NCBI GenBank assembly: GCA_964016885.1
Contig: OZ024752.1
Coordinates: 45,570,001 to 45,634,000 of the forward strand
Source of the DNA: Eledone cirrhosa
Taxonomy: Eukaryota
Direction of reading: 5' to 3'
Length of the DNA: 64,000 bases
The notes beneath the pieces were generated by a model. It worked only from the letters and a program-made list of their open reading frames with translations. It did not search any database and was not told the origin of the DNA. Positions within the stretch are counted from its first letter, which is position 1, and every line of letters starts with the position of its first letter. Below, piece after piece: positions 14,865 to 28,133 of this stretch. A program made the translations under genes and the position numbers.

Positions 14865-15670
14865 TACTTATGTTATCCAAAGGAACGTCAAGAGCTGATA
14901 GACCTTGGCAACGGTGACGTCGCAATTCATCTCAACAGCTGAGAGAACTGAAGCGACAGGAAATAAAGTGTCTTGCTCAAGGACACAACGCATCACCCGG
15001 TCCGGGAATCGAACTCACAGCCTCAGGATTACAAGCACAACGTTCTAACCATTAAGCCATGCGCTTTCACATTATAAATGAAAATATCAACCCCCGTAAG
15101 GATGAAAGGCAAAGTTAACCTCGACGGGATTTGAACTACGTCTCTTTACGATCTGAGATCAAATCCCGTCGAGGTTAACTTTGCCTTTCATCCTTACGGG
15201 GTTGATAAAATAAAGTACCAGTAATGTACTGAGTATTTGCTGGCCTTGTGCAAAAAATAGAAACAATTATAAATATAAATATACACACACTATTGGGTGT
15301 CCATTCTTCTCTAAGTATAAGCATTTTTTTTTTCTTTTAATTTTGATTGTTATTTCCACCGCCTGACAATCTGAGAGGTAAGGACAGGGAGTAACTGTAG
15401 CAGAGGCTCTGTGGGAAACTTATAAATACAGGGGACCTTTAAAGAAAGGGTTGCTAATCAATAGAATAGGTAAGAATGCCGACAATTATCACGAACTAAT
15501 CAGAAGAGGACTCGGCCAGTCAGGTGTTGTTCCTTGTTGGGTTTTAAGATCTTATCAATTGCTCAGCTCTTAACATTTCTTTAAGTAACAGTTTATCATG
15601 TATACACATAATTCACACTGTCGCCATTGGTCTAGCCTTTATATATATGATATATATATATATATATATA

Positions 15671-15741
<71 letters not shown>

Positions 15742-15866
15742 CCTAATACTAACACTTTGTACTGCACTCTTCATTATTGTTTTCTGTTTTAACGTATCTA
15801 TATAAGCGTTGTTTGCTTTGATATTTCTGCTTTTTTTTTTTTACTGCATGCCCATATATGGACTGT

Positions 15867-15962
15867 ACCCCTTGATAAGTTCAGCTAGATTCCCGCCGTT
15901 CTAATACTGCTGGCTTAGTTCGGATCTAACTGTCGAAACGGCCAGAGCTCTGCCGTCGGGGT
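15867..15962 (+). ncRNA. type I hammerhead ribozyme, U3-A8 core variant
   Basis: ACCCC TTGATAA [CAGCTAGAT..ATCTAACTG] GAAAC GGC cagagctct GCC GTC GGGGT. Confidence 0.7.
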
Positions 15963-16060
15963 CCTGACTCATTTCCTATTACCCACTCTACTACCCTAAG
16001 TATCGAGTACTCTGGTGCGTTATGGTCCACCTGGTATCTTACCACACTTTACTTTCTTTG

Positions 16061-16101
<41 letters not shown>

Positions 16102-16655
16102 ATTGTCTAATTCTTTCTAATTCAACCATGACTTTATAATAGATATTGCTCCAATAAGCCGGGCCACGTCGTGTGTTGTAGAATTGTGTTCAACTTGATC
16201 ATAATACGGTATAGCTGGATAATAATAATAATAATTGTTTCTACTTTAGGCACAAGGCCAGCAAATTACCCAGTGCATTACTGGTACTTTATTTTATCGA
16301 CCCCCGTAAGGATGAAAGGCAAAGTCAACCTCGGCGGGATTTGAACTCAGATCGTAAAGGGACGTAACTATGCTGGAAAGCATGGCGTCCGACCCTCTAC
16401 CGATACTGCCAATCCACGGCAAGGTAATGATAATAATAATTGTTTCTACTTTTGGCACAAGGCCAACAATTTTGGGGGAGGAGAAAGTCGATTAAGTCGA
16501 CCCCAGTGCATGACTGGTACTTTATTTTATCGACCCCGTAAGGATGAAAGGCAAAGCTAACTTCGACGGGATTCGAACTCAAACGTCTCCTTCTACCCAG
16601 TTTCACTCACCAGGCATGGATAGACCGGATAGACTAGATAGATAGATAGATAGAT

Positions 16656-17028
16656 ATGTTTCTTTATTAGCCACAGGGGCACAAAAGAAGGGGACAAATA
16701 CAAAGGGGGAAGTTTACATACAATAAAAACGTGTAAAATGTTATCACAAATGCAATTTAAAAAATTAGTCGATTTTCCCCAATAGGGGGAGACATTTCAT
16801 ATGGGTAACACATACCCTCGAAAAAATGTGCAACCCTCATTTCCAGGAGTACGAAGAGTTTGTATTCCTTTCCTCTCCTCCTCCTTTTCCTCAACCTACA
16901 GGCTGATATAGAGAGAAGGCCCATTCACTCGGGCCATTCTCGCCACTTTCACCCACCTTTCATAAAACTTGCTGGGGTACAGCACCTCTCTCTCCATCCT
17001 GATACTTCTTCCAAAGTGGTATTTGAAA
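16656..17028 (-). mobile_element. 3' end of L1/Tx1-like LINE inside (GATA)n
   Basis: Minus-strand FKYHFGRSIRMEREVLYPSKFYERWVKVARMARVNGPSLYISL*, then a 3' UTR ending GTGGCTAATAAAGAAA into (TATC)n. A tiny copy at 23626-23666 also lies in (GATA)n. Confidence 0.6.
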
Positions 17029-17035
17029 GATAGAT

Positions 17036-17074
<39 letters not shown>

Positions 17075-17469
17075 GAAGGAAAGGCTTTGATAAACAGCAT
17101 TAGATTCTGCGTGATTGCTTGTGAATACATAGCGACCTGGATAGCTGAAATGTTTGATGAAGCGAAGCAATGTCAACTAAATACAAAACAAACAGATTAT
17201 ACCCTGGCCCAACCCCACAAAAAAAAAAACGAGTCATCGACGTGAGACGTAAATCTCTTCAAAAGTTGTTCAACATGTCATTCTTTCTTCAATGTAACTG
17301 GGACGGCTCATAAGTCAGAGTCAAAATTGAGTGCATTATATGACGGATATCAGAACGAAGGAAAATACCTCAACAGATGGCGTTCTCACCCATGTACTAT
17401 AGTGAATTGAAAAAACTTCAATTAACTCATATTATGATATTATCTAAGCAACGGGTAGACAAAAATTCG

Positions 17470-17519
<50 letters not shown>

Positions 17520-17651
17520 CGTTTCTGAATTTGTTTAGCAAGATTCTTTATCTGAAATTTGTAAATTATAGATTTATAAATATATAATAAATTGAAGTGA
17601 AAGCAACTGGTGCGTGTGTTTCTTATTGGCAACATGACCCTCCCAAAGTAT

Positions 17652-17680
<29 letters not shown>

Positions 17681-17683
<3 letters not shown>

Positions 17684-18056
17684 GGAAAAAAGATGAAATC
17701 GAAAATGCAACTGGAGTCTTTTTAAAATAATATATATATTTATTTGGTTCCTCTACCGGTTTTGCAGTTCTTCTGCTTTTCAAAAGTAGAATTGAGATGG
17801 AGGGTTTGTGGTTATGCTCTCAAAGACCAACCAGGTGTGAGAAAAACCACAATCCCCCCCCCCCATCTCAATTCTACTTTTGAAAAGCAGAAGAACTGCG
17901 AAACCCGTAAAGGAACCAAATAAATATAGATTTAAAAAAAAACAAACTCCAGTTGCATTTTCGATTCCATCTTTTTTCCTTATACTTTCACTCGTGTAGG
18001 ACACCTCGATTTTTTTTTTTTTTTTTCATTTTGTAAAAAAAAAACCTCACTTTGTA
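17681..18056 (+). mobile_element. hammerhead-bearing fold-back element in (TA)n
   Basis: Arms 17681-17812 and 17846-17982 are inverted, followed by a tail. Single minus-strand copy at ~40358-40560. Confidence 0.75.
17872..17915 (+). ncRNA. minimal hammerhead ribozyme, U3-A8 variant (also 17748-17791 -, 40489-40532 -)
   Basis: CTT TTGAAAA GCAG aagaa CTGC GAAAC C(C/G) GTA AAG. The 40.5-kb copy has the palindromic ACCGGT stem III. Confidence 0.7.
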
Positions 18057-18943
18057 ATATATATATATTTACCCTCGGCGGGATTTGAACTCAGAATGGC
18101 AAGGGCCATAACTCTATGCGTCAAAGCATGGCGTCCGACCATCTACCGATACTGCCAAAATGGCTTCTGATTAAGACACAAGGTCAACAATTTGGTGGGA
18201 AAGAGGAAATTGATTAAATCGACCCTAATACATTACTGGTACTTTATTTTATCGACCCCGTAAGGATGAAAGACAAAGCTAACCTCGGTGGGGATTGAAA
18301 CTCGGAACGTAAAGGGCCATAACTCTATGCCACTAAGCTTGTTGTCCAACGCTCTACCGATTCTGCCAATCCATCGCCCTTATTTTACAAGTTATAATAA
18401 CCATGGGTTACATAAAGGGGTGTGTTTGTAGTCTCAGGGTAGTTATACTATGTCATGTAATGTCCCCAATTAAAAGCTTACAAATAACCATGTATAAATG
18501 GTCTATTGTGCAGCTTTGATTTGCCACACCTTACATTCTATCATATCTATTGATAGGCCAAACATTGAGGCCAAACATTGAGGAAACCTTTCCTTTCTGT
18601 TTGCCCAACTTGCTGTCTCGTGATTTAAGAAGGACTGCACTTAACTAACCACGCCAAATTTTACACTGTTGCCTTCGAAAATCTAAGATGACAAGGTGAC
18701 AAGGTGACAAACCACGTTTGTGTTCTAATATGCACGCATACACCCCCGCTTTCTCTCTCTCTCTCTCTCTTTCCCTATTCAATATAAATATATATATATA
18801 TATATATATAAATGTAATCTGAGTTTTTCGAATATTAATAATAACATCCGATACGTTTGCAATTATGCAAACAAGCCTCAATTTTATAGCGATGTCAGTA
18901 GAATGAACACTTCATTCTTGCTCTTATGTTGGCATGCGAACAG

Positions 18944-18984
<41 letters not shown>

Positions 18985-19057
18985 ACAAGCAAATGTTTTT
19001 ATAACTGATATAAAGCACTCAAGTATTTGGAGTAAACATACGATATTAACAAATGGA

Positions 19058-19090
<33 letters not shown>

Positions 19091-19170
19091 ATATATGCAA
19101 CAAGCAAATGTTTTTATAACTGATATAAAGCACTCAAGTATTTGGAGTAAACATACGATATTAACAAATG

Positions 19171-19327
<157 letters not shown>

Positions 19328-19540
19328 AGTGAAGGCGTGTGGCTGACTGGTTAGAGAATTGTATTCACAATCTGTGAGTTCGATTCCTGGACCGGGCAAT
19401 GCGTTATGTCCTTGAGCAAGACACTTTATTTCACGTTGCTCCTTCTACCTGGAGTTACGACCGATAGATAGTATTGACAACTGGAAAAACCGACGAAAAC
19501 ATTGTTTCCTTGGTCTGATTTGACGAAAGTCGATCGATCC
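19328..19540 (+). mobile_element. SINE family B
   Basis: GGCGTGTGGCTGACTGGTTAGAG...GAGTTCGATTCC...GTCCTTGAGCAAGACACTT. Homologous to 43451-43660. Confidence 0.8.
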
Positions 19541-19757
19541 TTTTATATATATTGTATATATCGTTATTGTGTTGTTTGTATAGTTTACGCCTTCGGTCGG
19601 TTTCCTTGGTGTCACATTTTATAACTACGGTGTTTAACTCTGGAATTAATGTTTGTTTTTAACTTTCGATCCATTGAGTGGTTTGTGATTGCCTCAAAAA
19701 AAAAAAAAAAAAAAAAAAATCGAATTGTACTTGCTGTATTGCAACTAAAGTTCGATT

Positions 19758-19805
<48 letters not shown>

Positions 19806-19903
19806 AAACACCAAGGAGTCAATAAGATCAAACTAACAAGTTTCAACTGATAGAGGTTCGTCCCGAGGATGTGAGATTAGAAAATCAATAATAGCAACAC
19901 TGT

Positions 19904-19949
<46 letters not shown>

Positions 19950-20046
19950 ATATATATTGTTATATATATATTGTTATATATATTGTTATATTTGTGGAGG
20001 GTCATTTTCTAATATTACCAGGGAAAAAAATAGTAAAACAGACCCG

Positions 20047-20104
<58 letters not shown>

Positions 20105-21489
20105 TATTACATATTGAACAGAAAGGATCAACGAGCTATTAACTACCTCGAAATGGCGAAGGAGAAAGACACGAAAAAAAAAAAAACTGAATTTTTAAAA
20201 TGTCTGCTCATCTTTTGATTGCTGCTCAGCAAGCACGGAATATTTGACAGGTTGTCGAGTTGCAATCAAAGACTGGTGAAGGCAAAATAACAACAACAAC
20301 AACAACTATAACACCAACAATAACAATGGAAAAATCACTATGGTGCAGCAAAAGGATTTTACAGTTGTGCATTTTTGAAGATCGTTTTTTTTTTTTCGGA
20401 TTTATGAAGTGGTAAGCATCTTTACAAATATCATTTTTGAGTAATTATAATTTACTAGCAGAAAAACCACCATTCGGGTGGTTTTCTGCTAGCATGTGTA
20501 GTGTGTATATTGATATTATACACAGGTATATATGCATGAAGATATGATACATCAAATAACATCGTAATTGACAATATACACAGAAATTGAACGAAGACTG
20601 TGTTACACTGTCTTATGTAATCAGTAACGTAATCCATGATACATTAAAAAAGACGATATTATATATAAACTGCATTAGGAGAAAATTAGTGACAGAAATA
20701 TATGAATATTTATTTAAAAGATCACTAACCGAAAATGTTGACATTTGAAAATGTTAAAGAAGTGAATCTTTAAATAAATAATAAAATATATTTAATGAAC
20801 AGCCACGAAATTTAGTAGATAAATTATGTAATATTCATTAATTATTTATTCAAAGTAATCCAACTTATTTTACTAATGGGATAAAAAAAAAAAATGATAA
20901 ACCGTACGCAGTCTCGCGCTTCTTACTTTATTATAGTTTAGATAGTTTATTTTCTATTTCGATGGTGTTTCTAAAATAATTGTTTCTACTTTTGGCACAA
21001 GGCCAGCAATTATCCCAGTGCATTACTGGTATTTTATTTTATCGACCCGGTAAGGATGAGATTTCTAGTATAGACACAAGGCCAGTAATTCTTTTTTGGG
21101 GGGGTCGATTAAATCGACCCCAGTGCATTACTGGTGCTTTATTTTATTGACCCTGCAAGGGTGAAAGGCAAAGTTAATCTCAGCGAGATTTGAACTCAGA
21201 GCGTAAAGGGCCATAACTCTATACTGCAAAGCATGGTGTCCGACTCTCTACCGATACTGTCAATCCACCACCCAATGGTGTTTCTAAAATAATAAAAATA
21301 TTGAAAGTGGTTTAATAAAATAGTCAACTTTCCCATTAGTAAGCTGGTATTTGGAACATCAACAAAAATATCTTACATAAAATTAATGTATATTAAGTTA
21401 AGGTAATTAAAACAAAATATATACGTTTTCCTAAATATTATATACTTTAAATATATGTACAAAATATTATGTGTTTCTCTACCGCTATA

Positions 21490-21527
<38 letters not shown>

Positions 21528-21529
<2 letters not shown>

Positions 21530-21684
21530 ACGCACCAAAGTACTCAATACTTAGGGTAGTAGAGTGGGTAATAGGAACGAGTAGGACCCCAACTCGTTCC
21601 TATATATATATATATATATAGGAACGAGTTGGGTACTTTGGTGCGTTATGGTCCACCTGGTTCCTTACCACATTTCCTTCGTTA
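21528..21684. mobile_element. doubly inverted tail fragment of the 15.9-kb hammerhead family
   Basis: TAACGCACCAAAGTAC.../...GTACTTTGGTGCGTTA inverted around a TA run. Confidence 0.7.
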
Positions 21685-21909
21685 TACATATATATATATA
21701 TATCAAATCCCGCCGAGGTTAACTTTGCCTTTCATCCTTACGGGGTCGATAAAATAAAGTACCAGTAATGTACTGGGTAATTGCTGACATTGTGCCTAAA
21801 GTAGAAACAGTTATATATATATGTATATATATATATGTAATGGAAAATTTGAACAGGAACAAAACAGAGAGGCAGTACAACGAATGTTTATTAATTTCAC
21901 GCTCTGGAG

Positions 21910-21942
<33 letters not shown>

Positions 21943-22217
21943 TGTATGTATGTATGTGTGTATGTACGTAGAAGACAACTCAGGAAACTGGGATAACTCC
22001 GATATAAAACCTGCGGCTCAGTAGTTACCGATGATGCTGATGCTAATCTTTTCTTCTTTTCAGGTTATAGCTACTGTCGCTCAGAGAGTGGGATTGGCTC
22101 AGTGCACAGTCTTTCCTCACTTTAAAAATAAATCTTCACGCACAGGCATTGCACGATAGCATTAATTGATAATTACTAATAATGTTATATCGTGCAATGG
22201 CCATACTCGATAACGAG

Positions 22218-22258
<41 letters not shown>

Positions 22259-22952
22259 AATGCGAACCGACAAGATCTTAGACCTCATTTTGATAACCAT
22301 GAGAGGTGGAACTTGTTAGATCAGACAAAATACATAGGTCTTTCTATGGCTGATACTATCTACCGGTCGCAAGGTTTTAATATAAATATGAACATCTTTG
22401 CCTCTTCAAAAAGATAGTGAAGGAGGAGTTCTTCAATCCATAGCCCCCCCCCCCCCTCCCCCTCGCCCTTTTTTTTTTTTTCTTTAAGAAACTACAACTA
22501 ATTTCTTAACAAATTACACCAGGAAACAAATTATGCTTTTCATGAATACATAGTTTATAGAGCTTCGTTCACTATATATGTTTCTTTGCACTAAAAACAA
22601 ACAACGGCAGAGGAAAGCAAACAGCCTTGGGTCAAATAGAAAAAAAAAACAACCTATTATACTCTACCATAGTGTGTTATTTCTCCAGGTGTACTCTTCA
22701 CATTTAGAATATGTACTCATGTGTCATATGTGTTAAGTTAATATTATTTTATATAACAGACTTCTTTCATTTCTGATTAGTTGCGTGTTTAAAGACGGGT
22801 GTTGTTTTTTCTATTAGGATAGTCTCATTTATATTAAGTGTTGTTGTAGTTGCTGTCGTTTAACCCCTTTCAGAAAATATTCAAAATTCACAATAGGTTA
22901 TTTGAACAATATAGGCCTACGTGGTACTATCCTTAAACAATGATAGTACCAG

Positions 22953-23142
22953 GGTGATGGATTGGCTGTATCGGTAGAGGGTCAGACGCCATGGTTTCCA
23001 ACATAGAGTTACGTCCCTTTACGGTCTGAGTTCAAATCCCGTCGAGGTTAACTTTGCCTTTCATCCTTACGGGGTCGATAAAATAAAGCACCAGTAATGT
23101 ACTGGGGTAATTGCTGGCCTTGTGCCAAAAAGTAGAAACAAT
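22953..23142 (+). mobile_element. SINE family A, full length
   Basis: Head GGATTGGCTGTATCGGTAGAG, B box GAGTTCAAATCCC, tail GTAGAAACAATT. Confidence 0.85.
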
Positions 23143-23591
23143 TGAACCTTCGTGAAACTAACAAACGGCGTTTTTCAAGGCCGCCAGGAAACAAGGGGTT
23201 TTTATCTATCAAAGACCTGCGACCTGCCCTTTTTACTGTCAGTATGGGCACCACTGGGTTTAGCTTGTATTTATAATAAACGAGACCACCCTTGACCTTT
23301 TGGGTCACGGGATCTCGTACTGTCTGTCTTTAACTTGACTGCATAAAGCTTTTCGGAAATGAAACACAACGGTAAGGGCGCTAGGGATATGATTTGTTAT
23401 CAGGGAGCTGTTAGCTATTTATAAAGGTACCCGGAAAAACCCCGTATTTCAAGAACACGTGCTCCGATTTATGCGAAACTTGTTTATTCCATTTGTATTC
23501 CCATTTCAGGAGCAACTCCCTTTCCAAGTATTTTCCCATTATGTATTAAATTACAGACAAGCACACAATCACAGATTATATATATATGTAT

Positions 23592-23625
<34 letters not shown>

Positions 23626-23664
23626 TTCTTTATTAGCCACAAGGGCGCAACAAGAAAGGGGACA

Positions 23665-23699
<35 letters not shown>

Positions 23700-23702
23700 T
23701 TT

Positions 23703-23905
23703 GAAAAGAGTCAGGACCCCGACGGCTGAGCTCCGGCAGTTTCGACTGCTAGATCCGAGCAGTTCGGATCTAGCTGTAGAAACGGTCGGAGTTCAGCTGT
23801 CGGGGTCCTGATTCTTTTTCTATTACCCACTCCACTACCCCAAGTATTGAGTACTCTGGTGTTTTATGGTCCACCTGGTATTTTACCACACCTTCCTTGC
23901 TGTTT
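23703..23905 (+). mobile_element. fold-back copy of the 15.9-kb hammerhead family
   Basis: Inverted about GCTAGATCCGAgcagtTCGGATCTAGC, which is the stem II region. Confidence 0.75.
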
Positions 23906-24008
23906 ATATATATATATATAATGTAAATAGTAAACAGAAATAACAACACAATCGGTACAGTATATGGAAGGGATATATTAGGTTAACGCTTGATATAGCA
24001 GGAAGAGG

Positions 24009-24046
24009 CTCTTAGCGTTTCGGACGCTAGTCCTTCATCAGAAGAA
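24009..24046 (-). ncRNA. minimal hammerhead motif (copies 47943-47979, degenerate 44105-44138)
   Basis: TTCTT CTGATGA A GGA ctagcg TCC GAAAC G(C/T)T AAGAG. Confidence 0.6.
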
Positions 24047-24555
24047 AGAATGAGAAATATATATATATATACGAGATAGATAGATAGATAGAGAGAGAGA
24101 AAGAGAGAGGGTGTGATTGTGGGGACACGTTTATATGACGTCTGCTTCCAAATGAGTGTGCATATATATGTATATATCCATCCATACATATATATTACGT
24201 ACATACGTACCTACGTACGTACATACGTTCGTCCATTTTTTTTCTTCTCTTCTCAGCACAAAATACAATCAATCGGTGCCGGATAAGACAGATTGTGGCC
24301 GGTAAATCCGTGTCAATAATATTGATTGGCACGTCATTGTGACGTCAAAGACATTGAGTCAATATATTAGAGATGAGTGCTGGTTCAATAGATTTCATAT
24401 TTCCATTGGGACGACAACTGGATTAACTCCCACGTAGTTTATTTTACTTATAACACGGTAATAGGGTCGCTGTTCATACTATCTCTTTTATCTTCTCTTT
24501 CTCCCCCCTCTCTCTCTCTCTTTCTCCCCCCTCTCTCTCTCTCTTTCTCCCCTCT

Positions 24556-24609
<54 letters not shown>

Positions 24610-24945
24610 GGCCACATTTTCTTTCTAACTTTTCTGTCTTCTAACTTGCTTTCTTTTTTTCCTCTTTCTTTCTTTCTTTTATTCTTTATTTCATTTTTCT
24701 TTTTTAATTAATTAATTAATTAATTACATCTCTCTTTTTTTCGTGGGGTGGGGCGGCGGAGCTTTTATCCCCTTCCACCTCTGCTTTAATTTACCCTCCA
24801 CCCCACACGCCCACCCCGACTTCCTTGTTTTTGAGTTATATTAAACCTTCAATTTACCCCTTTTTCCCCTGGAATATTACCATCTTATATTATCTGCCCA
24901 ATGTCTTTTTTCTGGGATGCCACCACCGAGGGTCGGTAAAATAAA

Positions 24946-25180
24946 GTACCAGTAATGTACTGGGTCCGATTTAACCAACTTTCCCCTTCCCTCTAAATTG
25001 CCGGGTACCAGTAATGTACTGGGTCCGATTTAACCAACTTTCCCCTTCCCTCTAAATTGCCGAGTACCAGTAATGTACTGGGTCCGATTTAACCAACTTT
25101 CCCCTTCCCTCCAAATTGCCGGGTACCAGTAATGTACTGGGTCCGATTTAACCAACTTTCCCCTTCCCTCCAAATTGCTC
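24946..25180 (+). repeat. 59-bp tandem repeat (4 copies) derived from SINE A tail
   Basis: GTACCAGTAATGTACTGGGTCCGATTTAACC... repeated. Confidence 0.9.
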
Positions 25181-25360
25181 GACTTGTTCCTAAAGTAGAA
25201 ACCATCCCCAATGACTTCTCTTCGTTTTTCTTTGTATCATTCTTACTATCTACTTTATTTGTTTGTTTTGTTGTTGTTGTTGTTGTTGTAAATATATTAT
25301 TTTACAAATGTTACCTGTGTAACTGTGGAGACGTCACAACTGTCACCCCGTAGTGTGTAA

Positions 25361-25396
<36 letters not shown>

Positions 25397-25401
<5 letters not shown>

Positions 25402-25870
25402 GATAAAAGAAATCAAAGAACGCCTATATACTCAAACAATTTTTATTCGCTGACAATGTTTCATCCATACCGTGGGGCAGGAATCATCAGAGCATTATAA
25501 ACAAAAATATAGTGCTGATTATAAGCTCCACCAAGCGTAGTCACCAGAACAGTAGAGATACAGTACAGGATAATAAGAGGAAGATTGGAGATGAGAAGGA
25601 TGGAGAGAATGCGTAATGGGGTTGTTAGTTAACTGTATCTCTACTGTTCTGGTGACTAAGCTTGGTAGACCTTATATTCAACACTATATTTTTGTTTATA
25701 ACGCTCTGATGAATCCTGCCCCACGGTATGGATGAAACATTGTCAGCGAATAAAAATTGTTTGAGTATATAGGCGTTCTTTGATTTCTTTTGTCTATAAC
25801 GGCTCTGTTATTGTACATTGAGCTAATACGATACTGTCACAAATACGACACTGTTTATTATAGATCCATA
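25397..25870 (+). mobile_element. hammerhead-bearing fold-back element next to (TA)n
   Basis: Arms ~25397-25567 and ~25631-25799 are inverted. Confidence 0.8.
25702..25748 (+). ncRNA. intact minimal type I hammerhead ribozyme (mirror copy 25448-25494, -)
   Basis: CGCT CTGATGA ATCC tgcc ccac ggta t GGAT GAAAC ATT GTC AGCG AATAAA. All core nucleotides are canonical; predicted cleavage after C25744. Confidence 0.85.
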
Positions 25871-25918
25871 CCATCTATATCTAGAGCATTTGTATCTAGT
25901 AAACTGTTAATCAATAAT

Positions 25919-25956
<38 letters not shown>

Positions 25957-27612
25957 CTCTTAATGATGATGACAATGGTTATCGATCTTTGACTTAGAAA
26001 CGAAGACATATTTTATAGGAAAAGGAAATAAAATTGGATTGATTGACACGGATGGTTGGTTCCGAATCTTTGACGACCCATGTATAATATAATTGTTTCT
26101 ACCTATTGGCACAAGCCCAGCAATTACCCCAGTGCATTACTGGTACTTTATTTTATCGACCCCGTAAGGATGAATGGCAAAGTTAACCTCGGCGGGATTT
26201 GAACTCAGATCATAAAGGGCCATAACTCTATGCTGTAAAGCATGGCGTCCGACCGTCTACCGATACTGCCAATACGCGACCCATGTATACTATAATGGCT
26301 TCTTCACATATGAATGGAAACTGGATCTTTGTCTCTACGACGGGATTATATTAATCTATGGTGAGGCGGCGAGACATTCACATATTTCGTGGTACTTCAA
26401 TATTTCACCCCACTACACCAATAAATAAATAAATTGATTAATTAATTAATTCAATAATTGTTTCTACATTTGGCACAAGGCTAGCAATTACCCCAGTGTA
26501 TTACTGGTTCTTTATTTTATCGACACCGCAATGATGAATTTTTTTTAATTGATAAAACTGAATAAAATAAATAAAATTTAGTAAAATAAATAAAATTTTT
26601 AAAATTAAAGTTAAAAAAATAGAATTTTTTTAAATTAAAAAAATTTTAGTAAAAAAAAAAAATACAATTCTTTTAAATTGATAAAATTGAATAAAACAAA
26701 TACAAGTTTTAAAAATTGATGGGTCAATCTAATGAATAGTACAGCCCGGCACTACGACATTACGGGTGTGTAAAATCACACAGTGATAATTATCAAGGCT
26801 TACAGACTTCAAAATCCTTTGCTGTTATCTTGTGAGACTAAACCGTATCATATGGAGAAGAATTTAAAGGTTTGTGCTTTTCTAAAGAATATCTCTAACT
26901 CGTATTGGATCTACTGTCTTTGATCTTGCCATAAAATAGCATTGAATGGATGGTAACGTAACTCAGAAGTACTTTTAGGGGTGCCGTATCAAAAGTCCCT
27001 TGAGGAAATCGTAGGGGCGCCGTAGTGATCGGAAATGGTAAGTCCCTTGAAGGAATCGTAGGGACGCCATAGTGATTGGAACTGGTAAGTATTTTAGGGA
27101 ATAAGGACGCCAAAATCTCTTGAGGGAGTCGTAGGGATGCCATAGTGGCATACGGCGTTTCTTGGATATTTTAAAACCCTGGTGGGGCCCACACTTCTGC
27201 AGGTCTGAATACAGCAGATTTCTTCCAGAGAAGGATAGAAAGTGTGCGTGTGTGTGTGAGAGAGAGAGAGAGAGAATCGACCCAGTACTAGACTGGTACT
27301 TTTTTTTTTTTTATCGATCGCGAAATGATGAAAGGCAAAGTTGACCTTAGCGAGATTTGAACTAAACTAGTTGACCTCGTTGGTAGCGCCGGTCCTGACT
27401 ATCACGTGAGAGCTTCAAGGTCGTCAAGTAGTTATCCACTCGACCACTACACCTCCCCAATCTAAGAACGAAACAAAACAAAAAAGTTAATATTTCAAAC
27501 TATGTACTGCGTTGTCAATGACAGAAATAGTGACTCACCACTAAGGTGTCTGTAGTCGTCTCTCTTAGCAACGGGTGTAGTTTGTTTGCAATGTCGTGAA
27601 GCCTTTGTTGTA

Positions 27613-27832
<220 letters not shown>

Positions 27833-28097
27833 TTGTAAACATTCCTACACTTATATATATTTATATATATACATACATATATGTATACATAACTCATTCT
27901 CTCTCTCTCTGTGTATATATATGTGTGTGTGTGTATATATATATGTGTGTGTATATATATGTGTGTGTGTGTATATGTATGTGTGTGTGTGTATGTATAT
28001 ATATATATATATATACGTATATATTGTTCAAGGAAACGACAAACAGGTACAAAAACATTTATTAGTTTTACGCTTTATATGGAAAAGGGAAAAGAAA

Positions 28098-28133
28098 ATT
28101 TGACGTGTCGGGCTTTGGCTCTTCGTCGGGAGT
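28098..28133 (-). ncRNA. degenerate minimal hammerhead motif (relative at 48425-48462)
   Basis: CCGACGA A GAGC caaa GCCC GACAC GTC here; CCGATGA A GGGC ttat GCCC GAAAC GTC at 48.4 kb. Confidence 0.5.

Noticed and set aside
15384-15573. ~60-codon open frames of complex sequence (also 23140-23310, 26895-27143)
   Set aside because: No recognisable homology or convincing splice signals; likely old TE fragments.
22953-23045. tRNA genes suggested by A/B boxes
   Set aside because: They continue into SINE bodies and lack a proper cloverleaf.
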